Positions 12,144 to 22,816 of a stretch of 64,000 nucleotides of DNA are shown in pieces. A program made the position numbers and the translations under genes. Source of the stretch: Vicugna vicugna (lineage: Eukaryota); contig MU057796.1 of the NCBI GenBank assembly GCA_013265495.1, forward strand, positions 248,001 through 312,000, read 5' to 3'. Numbering within the stretch: the first letter of the stretch is position 1; every line of letters starts with the position of its first letter. The notes beneath the pieces were generated by a model, which was not told the origin of the DNA, searched no databases, and saw only the letters and a list, made by a program, of their open reading frames with translations.

Positions 12144-12829
12144 GAGAGGTGGGAGGACATAAAGGGTCTTCTGCTGGTGATTCACACTGGCGACTAAAGA
12201 GAAGTCAGAGAGCAAAGTAATTCCTAATTCCAGGCATTCTTCTTTTTTTTTCAATTGTGTGGAGAAGGAACCAGATGCTTTCAGAGCAGGGAAGCTAGAA
12301 AAGAAAGCTAACACTTTCCTTGATTGTCGCACAATCAGAGATGTTTAGAGCCAGAAGATCTTAAAAACAATCTAGTGTCCAACTCTCCTCTTGGAAGGAG
12401 GCAAAGGACATTCACTGGGATTTTAAAAAAAAAGTCACCAACCACTGAGAAAGAAGCAAGCTCAAAAGGGCTTTTATCTCGAAGAAATCTGAAGTCCCAG
12501 AGGAAGGTTTCAACTTTAGAGAGGCAGAGTGAGTCAGAAAGCCCTCCCTAATTGTGGCATATGTGTGAGATTAAGGTCAGAATATGTGTTAATAGTAACA
12601 GATATAATCAGAAAACTTCTGTTTTAGGTGCTGGCATTCTTTTTCTTAAGGTTCCTTAAAATAGAGCGTTTCATTATTCTGATGTTTGGTTGGTAATAGG
12701 ATGTGAGGATGGTGTGGTCATTTTAATAAAGAACTCTTTTTAACATAAGGTGCATAGATGTGTGGAAACTTTAATAGGCAATCTTACTTGAATATCAAGT
12801 ACACAGTATTCTTAATTGACAGAGAAGAA

Positions 12830-12835
12830 TTTATT
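12830..12835 (-). terminator. Candidate polyadenylation signal AATAAA of the minus-strand gene
   Basis: TTTATT on + strand. A GU-rich element (TACTGTGTACTTG on minus) follows ~20-30 nt downstream. It lies ~950 nt after the stop at 13788. A second AATAAA at 13482-13487 lacks a GU-rich element. Confidence 0.5.
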
Positions 12836-13787
12836 CAATAAGTATTATGGAAGTAAAAAAGCCTAGTAATAAAATAAATATCTGTGTAACTACCACCCAG
12901 CATTACCATGACCATAAATATTCCTTGTACCCTCTTCTTTGGTCTCACAGGGGCAGCTACTCTCCTGAAGTTCATGTTAATTATTCCCCTGCTATTTTCA
13001 GAGATACTCAGTATTTCAGGCACCTCCACCATTACCACTTCTGAATGTAGGATTCCAAAGTGCAGGAAAAGTATTACCGTTAAAAAAATCAGTTGCAAAG
13101 TGACAGCAAATGCCATATTTCTTAACACAGTTTTGCCCGTTTAACTTGTTCTTAAAATTAGCTAATGATATTACTTACTTCTCACAGATATAGAAAATAA
13201 GGCAGACTTATAAAATTCCCTCAACAGCAGAATTAAATGCATAGTCTGCTAGTTAAATTAATGAGCTTGACTTGGGCTCAGTCTTATGGGGATTATAATT
13301 CCCCAAGGCATAATGTCTCCAATAGTTACATATTGAGAAGACTATTTTAACATTAACACTCAAAATTCTGTAACATTCAGAGTGTGAGTGTATCGAGGCT
13401 TGACAGAGTCACAAAATACGTATTTTCAAGAAGGAGTGTTTTGTCTTTGGCAGATTTTGGATGAGGGTGAAGATGTTCTGGTTTATTCCTCTGCTCTTTA
13501 AATCAGAGATCCCCAGCTTTTCCTGGGGAAACTGTACATGGTTTCTCACAAAGACTCCCTTTTCATAGGTGTGGTGTAGGGCACGGAAGTTGTGCAGAGA
13601 GAGTAAGAAGTTGTTAAGAACAATTCTGGCCACACTGGCTTCCCTGCCAGAATTAGGACAGGGGCTGATCTGGAGAACCTGAACTCAGAGGGGCACCAGG
13701 AAAGACTTCAGCTCCACCGCAGGTCACGATGGACCTCAGTTAACTCCATGGTGCCCAAGGAATAGCATGGATGGTGGGTGCGCCATC

Positions 13788-13849
13788 CTAATACTGCTTG
13801 AGCTCGTCCAACGACACATCCTGATCTAGGTCGTTCAACAGAAAGAAAC
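13788..13849 (-). CDS. Probable terminal coding exon of an unidentified gene; phase-1 reading (G)FFLLNDLDQDVSLDELKQY*
   Basis: Minus-strand CCTAAT branch-like motif and CTCTAGCTACCAG| acceptor. Natural-looking acidic C-terminus ending in TAG (13790-13788). Three retained CpGs in 60 nt. Followed by ~1 kb of repeat-free UTR-like sequence. Gene not recognised. Confidence 0.55.
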
Positions 13850-15505
13850 CTGGTAGCTAGAGATTAGGACTCGAGGATTATTTGAGATAAAAAAGCATGT
13901 GACTTTGTCAGGAATGGGGAAGAGAAGGCCACAGAAGCAAGGGCAAGCTTTGCTTTTGGTCCACCCCCCTACCCCACCCCTCTACCCACCAAATAAAAGG
14001 CAATGGTGTTAATTAACTTTCATTACTTTGGAGCAGTATTTTGGCATCAATGGTTTAAGAGTTAATGTTGATTGTGTCTTACTTTGCAGCACATTTTGAT
14101 ACATTTCTAGGTGCCCTTCATTGTGTGCCCTGGAAACGACGTTCCAGCAGTAACACTGGCAAAGCGTTCAGAACGGACATGCCTGTGGTTTATATGCACC
14201 TGCCCCAGGACAGCTTCATTTTGTGCTTTGTGTAAAAGCGACCGAGTGCTATTGAGAATATGCTGGAAAATTCCTCTACCTGGGCAGCAGGTTGGATAGA
14301 ACTCCCTTGCCTTTTTCTGGAGTTGTTTCTTGCCCACAGATTGCATGGAAACTGAGTCTTGCCTCTTCATTGATCCTACCTGACCTTGCAGATGCACCAG
14401 CTCTGAGTGATTCCTGTAGTTCTGCTGAGATGTGTGATCCTAAATCAGCCTTATTTGATTATTCTAATCGGTGGGGGATAGGCAGTCAAAGAGGAAGAAA
14501 GGTGGAAAAGACAGGATTTGAGATTAATCAGAGACTTTTTAAAAGGACAAGCTACTTTCCCTCACGTCATTTTTATAGTGATAGAAAACAATGTAATATT
14601 TTTCTTTTACCATCAGGCAAATTCAATATTTTAAAATAAATCATGTAGGGATAAAATATCACTTAGACCCCTTGGAACTGGAATTACTACTTTCCTTCTG
14701 GCTTGGGTGAAGTCATGGAAATGTTCATTTTCCTAACTTTTTTGCTTGCCTTCTTTGCTCTTTTAGATAACAGGACAGCCTGACTTATCAGCTTAAAAAA
14801 TATTTCTGTCAGCATCCAGAGAATATGGACAAAGAGTAAAAGAAGAGTAGTTATGTCAGCCTGCGCTTTTAACCTAAGCCTAGACACCAGGAACTGCCCT
14901 GAATTAAATAATAATAAAAAAAATTGCAGGCTGTCTTACTAATTAACAGTTGGCAAGGTACAAATATCTTAGCACATCATAGAACAGCCAGATTGCACCT
15001 TTTGACAGGCAGTAGAAACCTCACATGAAAATGTTTCATTGGATGTGAGTATTAAGGTGGAAAACATGACTTTAGGTGGGTAGGATAAAAAAATAAACTC
15101 TCACTATTGGCAAGACACAGTTTTCCTTCAGTAGGAAAAGGATGCAGTTCAAAGTAACAGCCTTCATGTTTCCGTTGAATTGTGGTGCTAACATGAGATG
15201 CTCATTTCCCAAAATAAAACCTCCATCACCACTTTCTTTTGAACTGTATTCAGTTATAATGAGAGGCAATGTAGAAAAGTTGCTTTTGCACTCAGGTGAA
15301 TCCCTCATCATTGAAAATATTTGAGAAATTTAACTTTAAAATGAGAATGGTTTTTATATATTAATCCAGAATCTTGACTAGAACTTTACAGTAGAAATTA
15401 ACATCCCATGGGGAACGATTAGAGGTGCTTCCTCCAGGAGGTGAATCTTCAACTCTCATTATAAGAAAAAAGTTGAAATACAGAATTTAAAATTGTGTGG
15501 TTTTG

Positions 15506-16288
15506 GACAAATGACAAATGCTGGAGAGGGTGTGGAGAAAAGGAAACCCTCCTACACTGTTGGTGGAATGTAGTTTGGTGCATCCATTATGGAAAATAGT
15601 ATGGAGATTCCTCAAAAAACTAAAAATAGACTTATTATATGATCCAGCAATCCTACTCCTGGGCATATATCCAGAGGGAACTCTAATTCAAAAAGATACA
15701 TGCACCCCGATGTTCACAGCAGCCACTGTATACAATAGCTAAGACATGGAAGCAAGCTAAATGTCCATTGACAGATGACTGGATAAAGAAGTGGTGGTAT
15801 ATTTATACAACGGAATACTACTCAGTGATAAAAAAAGAAAACAAAAAGAAAATAATGCCATTTGCAGCAACATGGACGGACCTGGAGATTGTCATTCTAA
15901 GTGAAGTAAGCCAGAAAGAGAAAGAAAAATATCATATGATATCACTCATATGTGGAATTTAAAAAAAAGAGGATGCTTATGAACTCATCTATAAAACAGA
16001 AACAGATTTGTAGACATAGTAAACAATCTTATGGTCACCAGGGGAAAGGGGGTAGGAAGAGATAAATCTGGGAGTTTGAGATTTGCAAATGTTAGACCCT
16101 ATATATAAGAATAGATAAAAGTTTCTTCTATATAGCATAGGGAACTGTATTCAATATCTTGTAATAACCTTTGATGAAAAAATATGAAAATGAATATGTG
16201 TATGTATATGCATGACTGGGACATTGCGCTGTACACTAGAAATTAACACATTGTAACTGGCTGTACTTCAATAAAAATAAAATAAAAT
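15506..16288 (+). mobile_element. Relatively young 5'-truncated L1 (ORF2 C-terminus plus 3' UTR)
   Basis: ORF-track peptides match the L1 ORF2 end ([27 protein letters not shown]). (AAAAT)n tail. Perfect 17-bp TSD AAAATTGTGTGGTTTTG at 15489-15505 and 16289-16305, with a TT/AAAA endonuclease site. Confidence 0.95.
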
Positions 16289-16722
16289 AAAATTGTGTGG
16301 TTTTGAGAAATAGTTTTAAAATAGTAAGTTAACCTATTTTACGTAGAAGGTAGGAGTTCAAATATGCTTGATGTTAAACTTAAGAGCATGGGAGAGTCGT
16401 AGTGTGTTGAACGTTAGGCATTGACTTTGTATTCCTGAAGAATTCCATTATTTTGCACACTGTAATTATACTCATTTATATATGACGGCTGAAAGAATTA
16501 CATTTGGAGGACTTACAGGCAGGGAGGGCTATAATAACTGGCTGCCTCTGGAAATAAGAAATAGTGAAATTTTTGTTTCTTGGTAAGGGTAGTCTGAGGC
16601 AAAAGATTTCCATAAACAAAAATTTCCTTTAATACTTTCCACCATTTTCCCTGTTCACTTCTATCTTAGTCTATTTGGTGATTCTCACACATGTTCTCTG
16701 GACTACCTATTATGCTTTCTTT

Positions 16723-16944
16723 CTTTAATTTTAAAAAAAATTTTATTGAAGTATAGTCAGTTTACAATGTTGTGTCAATTTCTGGTGTACAGAACAATGC
16801 TTCAGTCATACATGAATATACATATATTCATTTCCATTATTCTTTTTCACCATAAGCTGCTACAAGGTATCAAATGTAGTTCCCTGTGCTGTACAGTATA
16901 AACTTGTTTATCTATTTTATATATGCCAGTCAGTATCTGCAAAT
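16723..16944 (-). mobile_element. 5'-truncated L1 3' UTR
   Basis: TTTTATTGAAGTATAGTCAGTTTACAATGTTGTGTC... Perfect 16-bp TSD CTATTATGCTTTCTTT at 16707-16722 and 16945-16960. Confidence 0.92.
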
Positions 16945-17279
16945 CTATTATGCTTTCTTTTCCTTGCTCTGGGATTTGAAGTGGTCCTTACTGGGTAGCC
17001 CTGCACCTGAGTTTACCTGCCCAGCAATACTCCTCACCATTGCCAGGCCCTCTAGGTATCGCCTATTCTCTTTCAACCACAGCAAAATATTAATCCCTTG
17101 TCACTGCAAGTTTCTGTTCTCTGCAGCCAATTATTTTGATGGAAAAAAATCTAGGCTCAAGTATTCATGAATGATAATGGGTTCATGAGTTGTCCATCTA
17201 GTTAGGACATTTGCATGCTATTTCGGGTCATCTGGGGAAGATGCATTTTTTTAATCTGGGAAAAAACAGTCTGGTAAGA

Positions 17280-17530
17280 TACATTGTAAACAAAAAGTGT
17301 CCCATGGTCAATCAAGTTTAGATAATACTACTTATTTATGCTCCATTATTGGAGATTCAGAATACTTTGTAGTTTTTCCAAGTATGGATAAGTTCTTCAG
17401 GAGATAGCTATTTATTTAAACTGGAGATTTCCCCATATTTATGATTATAAATGAATATATCTGTGTATATATATATATTTTTAGTATAACACCTATTAAT
17501 GTCCCATGGAGAACACACTTAGAGATACAC
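17280..17530. mobile_element. Degenerate hAT-Charlie-type DNA transposon (MER103-like)
   Basis: CATGGTCAATCAAGTTT...GGAGATTCAGAAT...AACACCTATTAATGTCCCATGGAGAACACACTTAGAGA resembles recalled consensus. Confidence 0.4.
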
Positions 17531-19463
17531 TTACTTAATCCAGCATAGTGATTTGTCTGATGGTGTAAATTTCAGACACCATGGTGGCACCTTGGTGAAG
17601 CGTTTTGGAATTAGAGTTCTAAAGTCACACTGCATGAATTACTGTCTTCTCCACCTAAGAGTAGCTGGTTTTCTTATCCAGTTTATATTAATAGATGACC
17701 ACTTCTGGTTTTAAGTCTATTCAAATAAATCATTCACATATCCTTTACATCATCACAGATCTTCAAAGCCCCCTGCAGCAACACATCCAAGACAGAAGAG
17801 GGTGTAGAAGTTGTAGCTACAAAGAAAGGCTTCATCTTGTTTCTCCTGCCAGATGTTGACCATTTCTGTTTGTTTGGATTAAAGAATCTGTGATATCAAG
17901 GATCATTGCTTTGAGCATAGGACTCCCACCCAATCAAACTCTGTAGGGCCAATAATTGTTACTGTAGTCTAGAAAACTGAGGTAGGTAATATATTTTCCT
18001 TGCCATGGGCTGGCTCTGTTGGAGAAGCTATGTGGGCAGTGGGTGGTAACTTCTCAAGGAATCAAGTTGCCATTTCAAATCTGAACTGTCCAAGTCTGCA
18101 TGCATATGAAATGGCTTGCTTTTGTTTGGAGCAGTTTCTTTCATTATTTGGGGTTAGGATGGAGAGGCTGTGTGCAGGAAATGGCACCTCTCTCCATACT
18201 CGGAAAATTAATAACAGAGCCACCTTTCCCTTAGGGTCCATTTTGATTCCCCCATCTCTCTGGAGTGCATTCAACCACTTGACCTAAGGGATTAGTGTTA
18301 TCTGGTGAATCTGAACCTTGCTTGAGGTGGCAGCAGTAATTTTTATTCTTCTGTACATTAAGATAGAAAGAAGTTGGAAGGAGAAACATGAATAAAAGCA
18401 TAAATGCTTATCAGTTTAAATGACTGCAAGGTGTATAATTTCTATTGAAAACAAAGCAGTATGTATTGCTTTATAAAGGGAATAACCCTGTAATAATTTA
18501 CTTAAGAAAGGTAGATTTGCCTTCAAATAGTACTTGTCTTAAACATTATTTGAGAATTTATGGGCAAAGATATTGTTCTCCAAAAGCAAACCGAAACCAA
18601 AATGAATTAAAAACAAACAAGAATTAGAGAAAAAGCTGCATACTGGAATCGTAGCATTTGTCCTAAATCAATGGGAAAAGTGTATTTGCCCGTATTTCCT
18701 TAACCTTTAGCATGATTGTTGAAAAACATTGTGCAGAAATTTCAAATATTACTAATAAAAGTAGATTAGAGAAATAGCCTAATTTTTAAAATGTATTTTT
18801 TAATTAACATTAAATTTTAAAATGTACAGACCTCAACTAACTAAAAGCTTTAATGAACTCCACTGAATCTCACTTTACCTCTCTGTAGAAAGGAATATAA
18901 GCTGGGCATATGGTATGTTTTTTGGATTATAATAACGTGAGGGTATTTTGTAATAGAAAAACACAGAGTAGATCAAGTTCTTATTATCCTAATTCAAACT
19001 GCTTTTAGGGGAAAATCATAGAAGAGCAAGCTATTCTATTTAGGAAAACGTTACAGAACAAAACCGCAGCTCTGTGCCAGAACACCACCATCCCATCCAA
19101 GCCATCTACAGCCGTGTCCCCGCATCAGAATTGGAGTTCTAAGTGTGTGTCCAGCAGACCCTGAATTAATAAGAACAAACTAAAGGATATTTCATTTGCC
19201 CTCTGGAAAAAGAAATTGCTGCATTTTGGAAAGCTGGTCAATGATAAGGGTGGAAATTAAAAGGTCTTCGGCTTAACCTGGAGTTAAACAGACGTTATCA
19301 GTGGTTTATTGCTGTTAAAAATTACCAAACACATTCAAACTGACCACAGTGACATTCAGTGAACATTTACTCTAATCTAGGTGAATAATGACCTTTCAGG
19401 AAAGGAGTACAGGGATTTTAACCCTTTTGTTTGGTAGTGAAAAGTAAAAGGGGTGACAGAGTA

Positions 19464-19778
19464 CAGGCATACCTTGGAGATATTGTGGGTTTGGTTCTAA
19501 GCATCACAAACAAGTGAATGTTGCAATAAAGCAAGTCACATGAATTTCTTGGTTTTCCAGTGCATAGAAAAGCTATGTTTACACTATACTGTCATTTATT
19601 CAGTATGCAATAGCATTATGTCTAAAAAAAAGTACTTAACTTTAATTAAAAAATAATACTTTTGAAAAAAATGACACCAATAGACCTGCAGGGTTTTCCC
19701 AAACCTTCAATTAGGGAAAAAAAATGTAATACCTGTGAAACACAATAAAGCAAAGCACAGTAAAATGAGGCCTGCCTT
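19464..19778 (-). mobile_element. Tigger1 internal-deletion derivative (TcMar-Tigger MITE)
   Basis: Both Tigger1 termini are present: CAGGCATACCTTGGAGATATTGTGGGTTTGGTTC and ...AATAAAGCAAAGCACAGTAAAATGAGGCCTGCCTT. Flanked by TA at 19462-19463 and 19779-19780. Confidence 0.9.
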
Positions 19779-19961
19779 TACCCCGTTGGCATTAAACAGT
19801 TCTAATTTACAAAGTGTTTCCTCCGTGTATTTATGAATTAAAGACTCACTGTGTTAAACTGATCTCAGAGTGCAAATGCCTTCTGGATAGGATGAACCTC
19901 TAGGTTCTGCACAGTTTAGTAGTATGGTTGTTAAGCCTTTATTTTTCTTGAACTCCTTTAC

Positions 19962-20192
19962 ATTTTTTTTAATTGAGATATAATCAGTTTACAATGTTGT
20001 GTCAATTTCCGCTATACAGCACAATTCTTCAGCCACACATGAGTACACATATATTCATTTTCATATTCTCTTTCACCATGAGCTACTACATGATAGTGAG
20101 TATAGTTCCCTGTGCTGTACAGTATAAACTTGCTTATCTATTTTATATATGCTAGTCAGTATCTGCAAATCTTGAACGCCCAGTTTATTCCT
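19962..20192 (-). mobile_element. 5'-truncated L1 3' UTR, same subfamily as 16723-16944
   Basis: Near-identical to the 16.7 kb copy, e.g. TTCCCTGTGCTGTACAGTATAAACTTG and AGTCAGTATCTGCAAATC. Confidence 0.9.
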
Positions 20193-20324
20193 ATATTCTT
20201 AAATCTTATTAGGGAATCTATAGTGCCTTTATTTATGTTGGATGCCTCTCTCAAATTTATCATATTAGAAATTAAAATGGGGAATATTTTTCGGACACAA
20301 GAATACCTATCATACTTTCTGTGA

Positions 20325-20514
20325 GCTGCTGGAGCAGAGAAGCCATCACACGACATGTGGTCTCTGAAAAGCTCCACTGTAGGCTTGTAAGAGAATGAGT
20401 GAAAAAGGAAAATAGCATCAAAAGATTCTTATCAGAAGAGTTTTGATCTCATGGACTTGCAGAAAGGGACCCAGGGAACTCCAAGGGGCCTAGATCACAG
20501 GTTGGGAGCCATTG
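20325..20514. mobile_element. hAT-Charlie fragment (MER119-like)
   Basis: GAGAATGAGTGAAAAAGGAAAATAGCATC...AGTTTTGATCTCATGGAC...GATCACAGGTTGGGAGCCATTG terminal motif. Confidence 0.6.
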
Positions 20515-21119
20515 TCTTCATATTAATTTTTTCTTAAACGTTTAGTGCCTTTTGCTTTTTGGTGGGCAAAGAAAGGAGTCACTGGGAAGGGGCATGGGTG
20601 TTAGTTAAGATGCAGATTTGGGGATCCCATACCAAGAGATTCTGAGTCAGTTGATTTGGGATAAGGCTCAAGAGTGTCCCTAATTAAAAATCACAACGCT
20701 CATCCCTCCTACCCTTCACCACCAATGGCATTCCTTTCTGTTTTGATGTAAGGGGTCTGAAAATGCACTTGACAGACCCTGCCTATGTCTTATTGTTGGG
20801 TTGTTAATATTCATCTTCATCAAATTGATCCTGGATATGCACACTGGGTATTCTGGATCAGAGAGAGACTTCACATTAAATACCACGTAGTAAACAGTAA
20901 GTTCATCCGTCCCCCTTGTCGCAGTCTTATCCCTGAGGTGATGTGAGTCAGGTCCCCTATCCCACTTTCTCCTCCACCCCAGAAAGAGGCTCCTCTTTAC
21001 TTCATCCTTTTGTATGTAAATAAATCTCTCCAGAAGCTTGCTAGCCTGGGTATCTCTGCTTTCATGACCTTGAGAACTCTCTAAATTCTGGGGCCATTCC
21101 TCTTTGAAATGCAAATACC

Positions 21120-21124
<5 letters not shown>

Positions 21125-21158
<34 letters not shown>

Positions 21159-21175
21159 AGAGAGTGCGAGCGAGC
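21125..21175. repeat. (AG)15 microsatellite with a degenerate GC-containing extension
   Basis: Read directly. Confidence 0.95.
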
Positions 21176-21179
21176 ACAC

Positions 21180-21243
21180 CAGTCTTCAAGACAACTAAGG
21201 CTTGGCCCAGGGACCTGCTCAGAGCCCTAAATACTTGGTCCAC
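21180..21243 (-). CDS. Candidate exon: 64-nt cassette (VDQVFRALSRSLGQALVVLKT+G) or start of an alternative terminal exon (GPSI* or WTKYLGL*)
   Basis: Textbook acceptor TACTAAC-TTTTCTTGTTTTCC-CAG|G (branch point 21267-21261) and a weak donor CTG|GTGTGC at 21180/21179. Reading frame not determinable. Confidence 0.45.
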
Positions 21244-21803
21244 CTGGGAAAACAAGAAAAGTTAGTACTCTCTCAGATCAGGGCAATTATCTGGAAAAAT
21301 GGCTGTGTATCAAATCCCCTGAAGAGTCTTAATGGGCTATGGAAACACTGAAAAATTTCAGGGAAATTCTCTTTCTCCACACCTGTTTCCTCCATACCAG
21401 GAGGAAAAAGAAAGACAAATTTTCTAGTTAAGCTAATCTGCAGTACAAGTGATTCTGTTGTCTGGACCTTGTGCTCTAGCAAATTCAGTAGTGCCTGTAG
21501 TGTCTGGAATGTCAGGTTGTATTATGGAAACTGTGCAAAACCTGGTGGATCAAAGTCGTAAAGCAGCCATGTTTATGAGTGGATATCTAGGAACAAGGAT
21601 TGTCAGGAAGATGGGGGAGTAAGGCCATAAATAAAGGGTGAAGGGAGACTAAACAACGTACAGGACCACAGAACCAGTCTGGAAAGGGTGTCATGGTCAC
21701 TGCTGCTTCTTAGGCAAGTGACTGCTGTACCATCGAGACTCATGTCGATAGTGCTGCTTTAAGTCCCTGCCCTGGGTCCTGTCTTTTAGAAAGCCCCACA
21801 TCC

Positions 21804-21868
21804 TACACACACACACACACACACGCACGCACGCACGTGCGCACGCGTGCGCGCGCACATACATACAT
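21804..21868. repeat. Compound (CA)n/(CACG)n/(CG)n alternating purine-pyrimidine tract
   Basis: Read directly; ~65 bp of uninterrupted alternation. Confidence 0.95.
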
Positions 21869-22816
21869 TAAAGAACATCCAAGCATCCCTGGCATGTGGA
21901 ATCTGGTGCTCAGTGCTGGCAGTACAGAACTCATCACCGTAGACATTTGTTCTTGATTTGAACACTGTTCACTTCCTGGGAAAATACCTCTTCACATCTC
22001 TTGTTCTACATCCTCAAAACACAAGGTGCTTATTCCCAGTGCTGTGAATGTTTGTGGGTGGCATCCCTGCCAACATGCGAGATGGACACTGCTTAAAAGC
22101 ACAGGGAGAATTGGGGCAGCAAAGGAACTTAGGTACAAGAGAGAGAAATGAACATGTCCAAAACTTCTCAGATACTATCATTACAGTTGAGTCTTAGGTC
22201 AGGAAATAACATTTCTTAGCAATGCCAAACATTCATTTTTCTGCTTCTCTTTATGGTCTAATTTGTGACCCTGAAGATACCCATGAATTAATGTGTTATT
22301 TACTTTTAGTTGCACATGGCAGCTGAGGAAAATCTAGCAATTGTTAATTCATGCTACTCTTAAAGGGGTATATATGTAGGTCTAATCTGCCATGACTGCT
22401 TCTGAAAACTGGATGCTGTGCCCACTGATGACAAAGGATCTGAGTTGTTCACTCCTAATTCAAAGTCAAGAGTTTATGTATTGACAGATCAATGTCACCT
22501 CTGTACCAATGCAAGGGAGGCAGTGAGAATGAATATTTGGTGCTTTGGGCTCCCACAGTTGCAAGTAGGCTTTGCCTCCTACCAGGCCCCACATGGTGAA
22601 TATTAACCAAGTGTAGGAGAAGGTCCAGGTAATGGGCAGCCAACACCCAAAACAAAACAGAAAAAAAAAATTAACAAGTATACGGGTAATTCACATTGTG
22701 CTGTGTAAGAGATAGAACTGTGTGGTAATTGCTGCGTGCTCAGATATTAAAGGATTTTCTTTCAAAAATCTTACCAGGAGACTTACTATTGCTACTATTG
22801 AAAATAAGAGCTTTTA

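Noticed and set aside
20716..21255. 179-aa ORF as a standalone protein
   Set aside because: It starts inside a polypyrimidine tract and reads through a (CT)n repeat (SLSLSL). Only the first 64 nt after the acceptor are exon-like.
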